From IMG/VR virus record IMGVR_UViG_3300045988_182965: 64,000 nucleotides of DNA; one strand, 5' to 3'. The notes beneath the pieces are model-generated. The model had not been told where the DNA came from. It did not search any database and saw only the letters and a program-made list of their open reading frames with translations. Shown here in pieces: positions 9,008 to 18,537 of this stretch. The number at the start of each line of letters is the position of its first letter. Within the stretch, counting starts at the first letter, position 1. Made by a program: the position numbers and the translations under genes. The DNA comes from a virus.

Positions 9008-10405
9008 ATGGAACGAATGATTGACGCAGAGACGGAGGAGCTCTCAAAGCGGGAAAAGTACCGTGAACGGCGCGGTGAGGAGTATGATGTTGTCTCAAAA
9101 GTCGCTTTCCTTATTGGCGTGCCAGACTCTCACTGGAAGAGCCAGTATACGGGTTTGGATTCAGATATTTATGAGCAACTCAGCGATAACCGAGACGCTC
9201 GCATCATTCGTAATCTCTGTGGCCTGCGGACCGAGATAGAGCGGAACTTCAAGCGCTTTTCAATGCTTATTCTGATGGAGTTAAAGAACCTGCATACGAT
9301 TCCTCAGACACAAGGCATGGCTAGTCAGCTTCGAAAAGATGGAATCGATATCATAAAAGCGAATCCAAAGCTGGAAGAATACCTGCCCAAAATCAATGCT
9401 CTCTTGCAGCAGCACATCGATGCGTGTAAATCTCTGTTTCCAATCTGGGTCAATTGGGAGTTTGTGCGACAGCTATTTATCATCCCTGGCGGCAATAGCA
9501 CAAAGAAATCCAAGGAAGTGTTCGAGTACTATATAGAAAATCTCGAACGCTATCCGTATCGCATGTTCATTAACTGGCGGTGGAGCAAAGACGAAGAGGG
9601 AAATCTTCTCTATAATGACGAAAAGTTCCTGAGCCGACTCTATCAGCAGAATGGTGAGGTGTTCACCGGCTATTCCAATGTCAGAGGAGAAGGAAGAGAA
9701 ACCAAGAGAAACATTTATGGATTTGTGGATGCCAGCGAACAGACGGTTGCTCTCGTTGATTGCGAGAACTGTGACCCGCTGAAACTGTGCGCGGCTTTAC
9801 AAAGTATGCAACCGGAGACACTCGCCAAAATCACGAAAATCATCCTATACAATGATGTGAATGCTTCTTCTGCCTGGAATCTGCTTCAGAAACATACAAA
9901 GGCAGCCATTGAACATCAAATGTCAGAACGAGTCCTTACCGGGAAAAGCCTTGTGGATGTGATGCTGGTGGCGGGATGCTGCAAGGAGCACTATGTCAAC
10001 AAGGTGGACAGTTTCCTGCTGTTTTCATCGGATTCCGACTATTGGGGCCTTATCAGTTCCGTGTCCACCGCCAAATTTCTCGTGATGGTTGAGCAAAACA
10101 AAGTCAGCGGCGAAATCGTACAGAAAATGATTGACAGCGATATTCCATTTTGCTACCTGGACCAGTTTTGCCAAGGCGGACAATCACATAAAATGAAGGT
10201 CGATGCACTGCTCAGTGAATGCCAGCGCTTTGTCAGCAGGCACTTTGAAAGCTTTAACGTCAAGGAAATGATGAATGTAGCTCATCTACAGACCCGCATC
10301 GAGCTTTCGAAAGTTGAAGAAAAACAATTTTTTGAAAGATACATTAAAACCATGCGCATCAAAATCTCAGCGGATGGTTCCGTAAACATTGAGTTCGGAA
10401 GCTGA
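9008..10405 (+). CDS. NYN/LabA-like (PIN-fold) domain protein
   Basis: RBS GGAGGGAGG. ALVDCENCD and FLLFSSDSDYWGLI resemble the two conserved NYN motifs. The annotated long ORF from 8531 has non-protein-like composition upstream of 9008. Confidence 0.45.
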   Translation: MERMIDAETEELSKREKYRERRGEEYDVVSKVAFLIGVPDSHWKSQYTGLDSDIYEQLSDNRDARIIRNLCGLRTEIERNFKRFSMLILMELKNLHTIPQTQGMASQLRKDGIDIIKANPKLEEYLPKINALLQQHIDACKSLFPIWVNWEFVRQLFIIPGGNSTKKSKEVFEYYIENLERYPYRMFINWRWSKDEEGNLLYNDEKFLSRLYQQNGEVFTGYSNVRGEGRETKRNIYGFVDASEQTVALVDCENCDPLKLCAALQSMQPETLAKITKIILYNDVNASSAWNLLQKHTKAAIEHQMSERVLTGKSLVDVMLVAGCCKEHYVNKVDSFLLFSSDSDYWGLISSVSTAKFLVMVEQNKVSGEIVQKMIDSDIPFCYLDQFCQGGQSHKMKVDALLSECQRFVSRHFESFNVKEMMNVAHLQTRIELSKVEEKQFFERYIKTMRIKISADGSVNIEFGS

Positions 10406-10615
10406 AGACGATGCACAATGATAGCAAGGAGGGTAAATACCAAGTGATACCGATTGTATGTGTCGATGACCGATTCGGCATGGCGTTCAACAAACTGTGT
10501 TTTGCGAGCGAGTAGACCCAAGAAAATATCAGGATAGAATCGAGAAAGCCCTTGTGTATTTCTGGAACCGGAAATTTCCTTCCTGAAGCCAATAAATTAT
10601 TGCGGAGGAACCCTA

Positions 10616-11761
10616 ATGGGAACATACATCACACACGAGGGCCTGCCATTCCACGGAACCCTCAAAAAAATCAGAATCAGGTCCTGTCGAGCAACAGACC
10701 CGTCTTTGCCAGGTTTTGACGAAGAGCAGCTCTTGGAAACCACGCCGGATGGAACAGTGAAGCTCACACAAAAGACGCCAGAGGAAACAGAAAAGGCAAG
10801 AGCCAATATCCCGCAAGCCGATGCCGACTACATCTTTGCTGCATTCTCCGAAGTGTTCGCAAGCTATCAAAGGGAACGCATTCCTTCCATTAGCGGCCAT
10901 TGGCGAGTTCGACTTCTAACGAATGACAATGAAGTATACTTCTACCATGGTGCAAACGGACAGGACTACCGCTACCATGACGAGTCTCTCACCGATATCC
11001 TTCGGCAAAGAACCGGAATGCCAGAACTATTTGGCCTCAATGTTAAGACGGAAACAAAGAGCAAAGTGAAATCTATCGAAATCAGCCTGGAACAAACGGC
11101 AGCGGATAAGGTTAAGGACAGATACGCCAACGAATGCGGAATTTGTATACATGATACAAATGAGTGGCTGCTCGTTAGTTCAGAGGGCACGATAACTTAT
11201 AATCGCCGTATTGCACATGTGGGAAGAGCCTCCTTGCAGTACGAACTCAAAGACAAGGTGGCAGAGTTCCTCAAGGTATATGATGACCAGAGCGTGTTTT
11301 CCCACCCAAAAGGACACTCACCAGATACTGTACAGGATGAGGTTCGAAAGACCTATAGAATAGTCGTGACTCGTGACAGTGGAGATACTTCCGTTCTGGA
11401 AGGCTCATTCGATAAGGACGGCCTGCCCGATAACTGGCCGGACTTTGTTGGCAGGCTGACAGACTTCTTCCAGGACCAGAGCCTCGGAATGCTGTTTGAC
11501 TCTCGCGTGTATAGCAAAGTATTGAGAAAGAGCAATGAAGTGGCTTTTTGTGGTGTCGATATCGATGGCGTGGTGAGAACACGCTATTACCGCTGTGGGG
11601 ACGAAATCTGCGAGGGAGATACGGTCGTGGTCCCGACACCGATGAAGCACACATTGGCTATAGGACGTGTTGTCGAAATTCGGCATTACCCAAAAGACCA
11701 GATTCCGAAAGACATGGCGCAGGCACAAGAGATTCTGGGCCTTGCCAAAGAAACAGAATAG
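10616..11761 (+). CDS. hypothetical protein
   Basis: 381-aa ORF with good composition, ending at a terminator. Confidence 0.45.
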   Translation: MGTYITHEGLPFHGTLKKIRIRSCRATDPSLPGFDEEQLLETTPDGTVKLTQKTPEETEKARANIPQADADYIFAAFSEVFASYQRERIPSISGHWRVRLLTNDNEVYFYHGANGQDYRYHDESLTDILRQRTGMPELFGLNVKTETKSKVKSIEISLEQTAADKVKDRYANECGICIHDTNEWLLVSSEGTITYNRRIAHVGRASLQYELKDKVAEFLKVYDDQSVFSHPKGHSPDTVQDEVRKTYRIVVTRDSGDTSVLEGSFDKDGLPDNWPDFVGRLTDFFQDQSLGMLFDSRVYSKVLRKSNEVAFCGVDIDGVVRTRYYRCGDEICEGDTVVVPTPMKHTLAIGRVVEIRHYPKDQIPKDMAQAQEILGLAKETE

Positions 11762-11769
11762 GGAAAAGA

Positions 11770-11808
11770 AAAAAGAGGGGCTTAGAGCAGCTCCTCTTTT
11801 TTTTATTG
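11770..11808. terminator. Bidirectional terminator (A-run, hairpin, T-run)
   Basis: AAAAAGAGGGGCTTAGAGCAGCTCCTCTTTTTTTT between convergent genes. Confidence 0.5.
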
Positions 11809-11810
11809 CC

Positions 11811-12200
11811 TTATTCTTCCAAAACCTCTCCGAGCGAAAGGACCGCATTGCGGACACATTCAGGGCAGGGACACAGAACTTTGCCGGTTCCAATGCCTTT
11901 CAGGTCCTTGCAAATAGTCGCGCCGCATTTGCCCTCAAAACTCTGTACGAGTTCCTTAGAAACACGGGGCGTGCCTTTGCCATCTGTGAGAATGCCTGCC
12001 ACCATGACAGCGCCAATCAGGGCCCCGCAAGTGCTTTCCATACACCCCATCCCGGCAGCGTATCCCGCCGTCAGCTTCATCAGCGTTTCATCATCGATAG
12101 ATAGTTTATCCTCAAACACCTTGACCACAGACTGTGTGCAGTTGCATTTCCCGGTCGCCTTCAGTTCAGCAGCCACCGCTGCGCGTTCCTCAATACTCAT
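11811..12200 (-). CDS. C_GCAxxG_C_C family protein (putative redox-active)
   Basis: CGALIGA, GKCGATIC and CPCPEC motifs diagnostic of the C_GCAxxG_C_C family. Confidence 0.7.
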   Translation of the reverse strand: MSIEERAAVAAELKATGKCNCTQSVVKVFEDKLSIDDETLMKLTAGYAAGMGCMESTCGALIGAVMVAGILTDGKGTPRVSKELVQSFEGKCGATICKDLKGIGTGKVLCPCPECVRNAVLSLGEVLEE

Positions 12201-12261
12201 ATTTTACACTCCTTTTTCTTTCCAGTATACCACAAAAAGACGGGCACAGGCAAAAAAAGAA

Positions 12262-12300
12262 AGGAGCCACCCGAAGGTGACTCCAATAGTTTAGGTTCCT
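12262..12300 (-). terminator. Terminator for the minus-strand lipoprotein gene
   Basis: ggagccacc cgaa ggtgactcc hairpin followed by a T-run on the minus strand. Confidence 0.55.
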
Positions 12301-12319
12301 GTTTTAGCCGTGAAAAGCA

Positions 12320-13357
12320 TCAGGCGGCAGACGGGGTATCCGTTGCTGCGTCAAAGAGCAGTGTGCCTTCGCCGTTATAGCTTGCGTCGTTCAGAGCGGC
12401 GTAGATGTAGTCAATGAAATAGCCATCATCACCATTGTAGGTGGACTTCATGGAGACAAGATTGCCGTTGTCATCATAGGTGTTCTCGAGGGTCTGTTCG
12501 AAGTTGCCCATCGTAGCATCTTTGCCCTGCTGTTTGGTCATATTACCATGCTCATCGTATTCGGTCGAGACCTCACTGCCCTGACCAAAATAATAAGTGG
12601 TCTTGTTGTCGCTCACGCGCTTGTGATACACAATGTCATCTGCACCATCTTCGCTGACAGTCTCGATATACAGACTATCGACGTCCATCGTATCAAAGTC
12701 ACGAGTCGTGGTCTGAACGCCACTGTCATTCGTGATAACCTCCGTAACAGGCAGCTCGTGGGTGTCATCATAGGTGTAGGCGGTGGAGTAGTTCAGATAC
12801 TGCTCACCATCACTTATGGTGTAGGACTCTTCGCTCAGTTTCCGGCCGTTGTCATCATAGGTATACTGGCACACGATGGAAGGATTGCCATCCTCATCAT
12901 CGCGTTCAATCAGGTCCCCGTGGTCGTTGAAAACCTGAGTGTACAGATAGTTTTGCTCGCCATTGAGGTAGGAGGTCATTTTCAGGACATTGCCGTTCTC
13001 GTCCAGCTCTTTGATGATAACGGTGTCCATATCACTTGCTTTGTCGATTTCACGCATGAAAACCTCATTGCCGTTCTCATCGTACTTATGGACGGTAACA
13101 ACGCCATCTTCATCATCAGCACTGTAGTGCATCGTCTCGGTGCTCAACAGCAGGTCCTCTGCAGCAGCTTCGTCTACATCAGTGACCTCGGAAGGCGCTT
13201 CCTCCGGCGTAGTCTCCTCAACCACAGAACTTTCAGCCGGGGCGGTAGAAGCTGCTTCGGACGAGGAAGCGGCAGGCTTCTGAGTAGCACATCCGGCGAG
13301 CATCAGGGCTGCAGCGGTTGCCATGGCAGCGGCAGCGGTCAGGTTTTTGTTTCTCAT
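12320..13357 (-). CDS. YD-repeat lipoprotein
   Basis: Signal peptide with lipobox LAGCATQ. Repeated YDENGN / YDDNGN / YDEHGN units. Start at MRNKNL with RBS GAAGGAGAA. Confidence 0.6.
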   Translation of the reverse strand: MRNKNLTAAAAMATAAALMLAGCATQKPAASSSEAASTAPAESSVVEETTPEEAPSEVTDVDEAAAEDLLLSTETMHYSADDEDGVVTVHKYDENGNEVFMREIDKASDMDTVIIKELDENGNVLKMTSYLNGEQNYLYTQVFNDHGDLIERDDEDGNPSIVCQYTYDDNGRKLSEESYTISDGEQYLNYSTAYTYDDTHELPVTEVITNDSGVQTTTRDFDTMDVDSLYIETVSEDGADDIVYHKRVSDNKTTYYFGQGSEVSTEYDEHGNMTKQQGKDATMGNFEQTLENTYDDNGNLVSMKSTYNGDDGYFIDYIYAALNDASYNGEGTLLFDAATDTPSAA

Positions 13358-13684
13358 GTTCTTTCGTTCTCCTTCGTTTGGATAGTTTTTGCACAAATAC
13401 TTCAATGTAGTATTTGTTGTACAACTCCTATTGTACCTGGCTCGCATATTCCGGCAAGCAAACAACCATTACAAATTGGTAATCATTCGTGCAGCTACTG
13501 AAAAAATCGCGAAATTTCTTCGATGACTTCCGGTTGTAGTGTATTTGATTGGACTTTCAAATTCTATTTTAGTCGCACATATTGCAACTTACGGTTGTAT
13601 TTGCTATACTAATAACAACCAATAACAACCGACAAGGCACAAATAACAACTATTAGGTGTTACAGCCGACTGAGGAGGCCAATC

Positions 13685-14953
13685 ATGGCGAGCAAACGAG
13701 CGATACTTCACTGTGACATGAACTCTTTTTACGCAAGCTGCGAGGCGGCTTATAACCCAAAGCTGCAGGGAAAGCCGATTGCGGTATGTGGTGACCCGGA
13801 AAGGCGAAATGGCATCGTGTTGACCGCCTCGTATCCAGCCAAACGGATGGGAGTCAAAACCGGGATGGCTCTGTGGGAAGCACAGCAGCATTGCCGAGAT
13901 ATCATCTTTGTTCCGGCTCATTATGATTTATATACACGATACAGCGGATACACCAGAGAGATATTCCTCAGATATTCCGACATGGTCGAGCCGTTTGGCT
14001 TAGATGAAGCATGGCTTGATTGTACCGCAAGCCAGTCTCTTTTTGGAACGGGGGAAAAAATTGCAAAGCGTATCTCCGACACTGTGAAGGATGAACTCGG
14101 CATCACCTGTTCTATCGGCGTGAGTTGGAACAAGGTTTTTGCAAAGCTCGGGTCCGACTATAAGAAGCCGGATGCCATCACCATCATATCAAGGTCAAAC
14201 TGGAAAGATATCGTATTCCCGCTGCCTGCCACGGACCTCTTGTATGTCGGGCCCAGAACGGGGAAAAAGCTGTCAAACTACTGTATCCATACAATCGGGG
14301 ATTTGGCGACCGCCAATCCAAGCTTTCTGAAAGAGAAACTCGGAAAAATCGGTCCCATGCTATGGGGATTCGCCAACGGGCTTGATACGGGAACGGTAGC
14401 AAAATACGAGGACAGGGAAGCTCAAGCACCTATCAAGAGCATTGGCAACAGCTGGACAACGCCACGGGACTTGAAGACTGACCAGGATGTCTTGATTGTC
14501 CTCTATCTGCTTTCGGAGAGTGTTGCGGCAAGACTCAGGGAGAATCATTTCCGTTGCAGAGGTGTGGAGGTAAGTTTGAGAGATTCCAGCCTTTTCAGCT
14601 TTGAGCGGCAAGTCAAGCTGCCTCAGCCAACAATGCAGGAAAAGGATATTGCGAAGGCAGCTTACCAGCTGTACAAGAAGAACTACCGATGGAGTGAGCA
14701 TCTTCGCTCAGTTGGCGTGCGTGCCATTGACCTGCGGCCGGATACCGAGCCAAATCAGATATCTTTTGAGTATAGTGCCGAAAAGCAAGAGGAGACTGAA
14801 CGACTCGAATCCGCAATCGACGGGATACGGAATCGGTTCGGATACTACTCCGTGCAGCGAGCCGTCATGTACAAAGACCGGTTTCTCTCGCATTGCGATG
14901 CAAAGGGAGACCACACCATACATCCACACGGATATTTGCAGGGGAGTATCTAA
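13685..14953 (+). CDS. Y-family DNA polymerase (UmuC/DinB/ImpB-like)
   Basis: N-terminal ILHCDMNSFYASCE and CGD motifs and overall Y-family layout. Confidence 0.8.
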   Translation: MASKRAILHCDMNSFYASCEAAYNPKLQGKPIAVCGDPERRNGIVLTASYPAKRMGVKTGMALWEAQQHCRDIIFVPAHYDLYTRYSGYTREIFLRYSDMVEPFGLDEAWLDCTASQSLFGTGEKIAKRISDTVKDELGITCSIGVSWNKVFAKLGSDYKKPDAITIISRSNWKDIVFPLPATDLLYVGPRTGKKLSNYCIHTIGDLATANPSFLKEKLGKIGPMLWGFANGLDTGTVAKYEDREAQAPIKSIGNSWTTPRDLKTDQDVLIVLYLLSESVAARLRENHFRCRGVEVSLRDSSLFSFERQVKLPQPTMQEKDIAKAAYQLYKKNYRWSEHLRSVGVRAIDLRPDTEPNQISFEYSAEKQEETERLESAIDGIRNRFGYYSVQRAVMYKDRFLSHCDAKGDHTIHPHGYLQGSI

Positions 14954-14956
14954 TTC

Positions 14957-15229
14957 ATGCCAGAACAAAGAACCAAGAAATATGTCGAGGTCATTGCCGA
15001 TTTCTCTCCTGAAGGCATATTGACACCTCAGACAGTCATCTGGGACACAGGTCAGAGATTCGACATCACCTGCATCTCAGAAGTATTGCCGCGTAAATAC
15101 TCAAAGACCGGCGGCGTTGGGGTGCGCTATACCTGCCAAATAGGAAGAGCCAAAACATATCTGTTCTTTGAGGAAGACAAGTGGTTTGTTGAGGCAAAAG
15201 AAAACGCTGCAACAGCAGACTCTTGTTAA
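14957..15229 (+). CDS. Small protein coupled to the Y-family polymerase, possibly an accessory subunit
   Basis: 90-aa ORF starting 3 nt after the polymerase stop. Confidence 0.4.
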   Translation: MPEQRTKKYVEVIADFSPEGILTPQTVIWDTGQRFDITCISEVLPRKYSKTGGVGVRYTCQIGRAKTYLFFEEDKWFVEAKENAATADSC

Positions 15230-15615
15230 AAGTCAAAGAAATAATTGCCCGTCAAGACTCCATCGACTTTCATAGTAGTGTTTGGGTCAGGCTTGCAACC
15301 GGATTTGCGGCAGAATGACTCCATTTCATGCGTTAACACGGACTGAATGATAATGCGGTGTACACCGTATTCTTCGCAAATTTTCTTCAAAGCCGAAAGT
15401 ATCGCTGTCATCGTACCACAACGCTTATGCGCGAACTCAACACGAGAAAGAACCAGTGCAAAATGGCCAAGAAAAGCAACACGTAACTCGTTCTTTCCAT
15501 CGTTTGAGGTAATCCAAACAGTACGCATGCTGGTAGAAACACTGCAATGACAGTTTTGCTTATTTTCAATAATATCAACAAGTTGTTGTATTTGTTCTTT
15601 TGTAAGCTCGAGCAT
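15226..15615 (-). CDS. hypothetical protein
   Basis: 129-aa ORF with a GGAGGG RBS on the minus strand. Confidence 0.4.
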   Translation of the reverse strand: MLELTKEQIQQLVDIIENKQNCHCSVSTSMRTVWITSNDGKNELRVAFLGHFALVLSRVEFAHKRCGTMTAILSALKKICEEYGVHRIIIQSVLTHEMESFCRKSGCKPDPNTTMKVDGVLTGNYFFDF

Positions 15616-15715
15616 ACCGATAACCCTCCGATATTTTTATAGCTTAAACATTATAACACAATATTAAGCAGACGAAACGACTCTAAAACAATTCACAGAA
15701 AGAAGGTGAAGCATA

Positions 15716-16270
15716 GTGAATAGCAAGTATCGAGAGCAAACCTGCTGCTTTGTCGGGCACAAGGATATCCCACCGGGAGAACAGCTCAAAATATTAGCCA
15801 GGGTAGAGCATCGGCTCGTTCCACTCATTCAGCAGGGGGTCACCTATTTTGGCATCGGCGGTTCCTTAGGCTTCGATACTCTCATGGCGGATATGCTGGT
15901 TTCCCTGAAAGCAGCACATCCCCGTATTCGTATCATTGAGGTTTTGCCTTTTGAGGGATATCGCGCTAAGTGGAAATTAGAACAGCAGCGACATGCCGAG
16001 AAAATAGACAAGCAGGTGGATAAAATAGTATATGCTGCAAAAGAACCAGGCAGGGGAGTATACCTCCAAAGAGACCGACATTTAGTCGATTGCTCGACTT
16101 ATTGCATCTCCTATTGCACAAGAACCACCGGAGGCACAGCGTATACGGTAAAATACGCTCTGGAACATGGCGTAACGATGTATAACGCTTCCAGTTTCGA
16201 TGTGAGCGCCCTGCTTCAGGCTCAGCCGCTTGGGAAGAACGAACAGGTAGTGTCTTCGCACAAAATATGA
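15716..16270 (+). CDS. SLOG-fold protein (DUF1273/YpsA-like)
   Basis: CFVGHKD...GVTYFGIGGSLGFD...HLVDCS pattern resembling DUF1273. GTG start with an AGAAGGTGA RBS. Confidence 0.45.
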   Translation: MNSKYREQTCCFVGHKDIPPGEQLKILARVEHRLVPLIQQGVTYFGIGGSLGFDTLMADMLVSLKAAHPRIRIIEVLPFEGYRAKWKLEQQRHAEKIDKQVDKIVYAAKEPGRGVYLQRDRHLVDCSTYCISYCTRTTGGTAYTVKYALEHGVTMYNASSFDVSALLQAQPLGKNEQVVSSHKI

Positions 16271-16496
16271 GGGAAATTTTCGGGCGTTTGGAAAAACACC
16301 CCTAGGACTTTGAGCTTTGCTGCACAAAAACAAGCCTCCGCTCTTTGGCGGGGGCTCTTCTTGTATTCTCAAAAACGTTGAATTCAATTTCACTGAATTC
16401 CGATTCAACATTATTTGGCGTGGCTCAGCTTGGCCCGGCAGCACGATGCCATGGCGGTAGAACACAATGATTCTCCAGAACGGGATTCTCGACATC

Positions 16497-16516
16497 CAGT
16501 GCGAATCGCATATAAT
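16497..16516 (+). promoter_or_regulatory. Element promoter motif CAGTGCGAATCGCATATAAT
   Basis: Matches the GTGCGAAT-N-TAYAAT consensus, 40 nt upstream of the CDS at 16555. Confidence 0.5.
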
Positions 16517-16554
16517 CTAAATAGTTAACACCAAAAAGAGGGGAGAGAAAAGCC

Positions 16555-17280
16555 ATGAAGGTCTTGGTCATTCCAGACTGCCACCTGAAACCCTGGATGT
16601 TTGCGCAGGCATATGCCATCATGAAGAAGGGCATTGCAGACAAGGTCGTCTGCCTTATGGACCTGGCGGATGATTTCGGGGTTCATGACGATGCACAGTA
16701 TCTGGAGACCTATGAAGCCGCAATCACGTTTGCCAGGGAATATCCCGAAACTCTCTGGTGCTACGGAAACCATGACCTGAGCTACATCTGGGGAAAACCG
16801 GAAACCGGATACCATCCGGAAAAAAGAGGGCTGGTGTGTCAAGAAATTAAAAAGTTGACAAATACCTTGCCAAAGAAAAGTCAGCTTGCATATATCCACA
16901 AAATTGACAAAACACTTTTCATGCACGGCGGCCTTGCAAATCTCTTTGTTCAGCTCCGGGTAGCACCACAGAACCGAAAAAATGTTCTCGAGGTTATCAA
17001 AGCTATCAACCAGATGGGCTGTGAGACAATGTGGGCAGCGGACTCTCCCATTTGGTATCGCCCGCAGCTGTCTCCGAATCAGAACGCAAAACGTTTGTAT
17101 CGCGGCGGCAAATATCTGCAAGTGGTGGGGCATACGCCTGTGAAAGAAGTTTACCTGGAAGGTGGAGTGCTTTCCTGTGATACTTTTTCAACCTATCGTG
17201 ACGGAACCCCATACGGGTCACAGGCTTTTTGTATCGTGGATACCATTACTTTGGAGTTTGAGACAGTTAAAGGCGGATGA
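16555..17280 (+). CDS. Calcineurin-like metallophosphoesterase
   Basis: VIPDCH, LMDLADD and GNHD motifs. Confidence 0.65.
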   Translation: MKVLVIPDCHLKPWMFAQAYAIMKKGIADKVVCLMDLADDFGVHDDAQYLETYEAAITFAREYPETLWCYGNHDLSYIWGKPETGYHPEKRGLVCQEIKKLTNTLPKKSQLAYIHKIDKTLFMHGGLANLFVQLRVAPQNRKNVLEVIKAINQMGCETMWAADSPIWYRPQLSPNQNAKRLYRGGKYLQVVGHTPVKEVYLEGGVLSCDTFSTYRDGTPYGSQAFCIVDTITLEFETVKGG

Positions 17281-17495
17281 GTGCCGATAAAACAAGCGTT
17301 GAGAGAAACGGTGCTATATGCTATAATATTTTCAAGTTCAAGAACCACAGCCGATACAATCTCAACGAAGAGCTTGATGCCTGCTTGAAACTGCACAGCA
17401 ATAAAAAGCAAATATCAAATAACAGAAATGCAGCTTAAAGAGAAAGGCTGCCATATAAAATAGCAAGAAACGTTTGCAAAAATAACAATCAGCGC

Positions 17496-17536
17496 GAAAG
17501 GGACGTCCCTTTCCTTACGGAGAAGAACTCCGTAAG
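17496..17536 (+). promoter_or_regulatory. Two tandem perfect hairpins overlapping the RBS of the next gene
   Basis: gaaagggacgtccctttc palindrome, then ccttacggag aaga ctccgtaagg. Confidence 0.45.
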
Positions 17537-17537
17537 G

Positions 17538-18533
17538 ATGGGTTTTGGCTGCTTCCTGCGCTGCGCGGGGGTGGCACATCTGGGCAAACTAATTGACCTG
17601 TATTCTTATCCGGTCAGAACGGCAATGCGGTTTCTGCTGGCAGATAAGACGACAGGTGAAAATATAATCTGGGCAACGAATACTTATGAACGATATGGCG
17701 ATGGTTATCGGCAGGATAATCAAATCACGCCGGAGCTGATTTCCGGGGTATATGCCAATCTTATCCAGCCGCGTATTTTGAAAGCGGAAGAGGAACAGGC
17801 GGCAAGAACTAAATCCAAAGCCGAGGTCTTTACGCCCTCTTGGGTCGTCTGCTATATGAACAATAAATGCGATGACGATTGGTTTGGACGAGAAAACGTA
17901 TTTAATACGTTGAACGGTGAACATTGGGGGCCAACGAAAGAGCCTATCAGTTTTGAAAAAGAATTGGACTGGCAGAGATATGTTGATTCTCGGCGGCTGG
18001 AAATCACCTGCGGCGAGGCCCCTTATCTAGTATCTCGCTATGATGCCGCTACTGGAGAAGAACTTCCGATTGAAAACAGAATAGGGATTCTGGACAGAAA
18101 GCTGCGGGTCGTGAACGAGAACACCGATAATGAGGCTGACTGGCTGAAATGGACGCGGCGGGCATTTGAAAGCACCTATGGGTACGAATATCAGGGTGAC
18201 AACCTGCTGGTTGCCCGCATCAACCTATTGATGACCTTTGTGGACTATATGCAGGAGCGATGGCGGCGGGAGCCGACTGCCAAAGAACTGAACCAGATTG
18301 CCAATGTAATCTGCTGGAATATCTGGCAGATGGATGGCCTAAAAGGGACGATTCCGGGCAAAGAACTGTACATATCAGACGACTACGAGCAGCTATCCCT
18401 GTTTGCAAGTGACTCTGAGCAGGAAACGCTGTTCGACGAGACGGCTAAGCAGAATAAAAAGTACGAATGTAAAATCCGTGATTGGCGTGCAATGCGGACA
18501 ATTACATATAGCAAAATGAAAGGAGAAAAATAG
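17538..18533 (+). CDS. Hypothetical protein upstream of the MTase catalytic gene (contains an EVFTP motif)
   Basis: 331-aa ORF. AEVFTPSWVV resembles MTase motif X, but no motif I follows. Confidence 0.4.
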   Translation: MGFGCFLRCAGVAHLGKLIDLYSYPVRTAMRFLLADKTTGENIIWATNTYERYGDGYRQDNQITPELISGVYANLIQPRILKAEEEQAARTKSKAEVFTPSWVVCYMNNKCDDDWFGRENVFNTLNGEHWGPTKEPISFEKELDWQRYVDSRRLEITCGEAPYLVSRYDAATGEELPIENRIGILDRKLRVVNENTDNEADWLKWTRRAFESTYGYEYQGDNLLVARINLLMTFVDYMQERWRREPTAKELNQIANVICWNIWQMDGLKGTIPGKELYISDDYEQLSLFASDSEQETLFDETAKQNKKYECKIRDWRAMRTITYSKMKGEK

Positions 18534-18537
18534 TGCC

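Noticed and set aside
17538-18533. Interpreting ORF 17538 as the N-terminal AdoMet-binding half of the MTase
   Set aside because: It has an EVFTP motif X-like string but no following motif I (DPxxGxG). Kept as a hypothetical protein.
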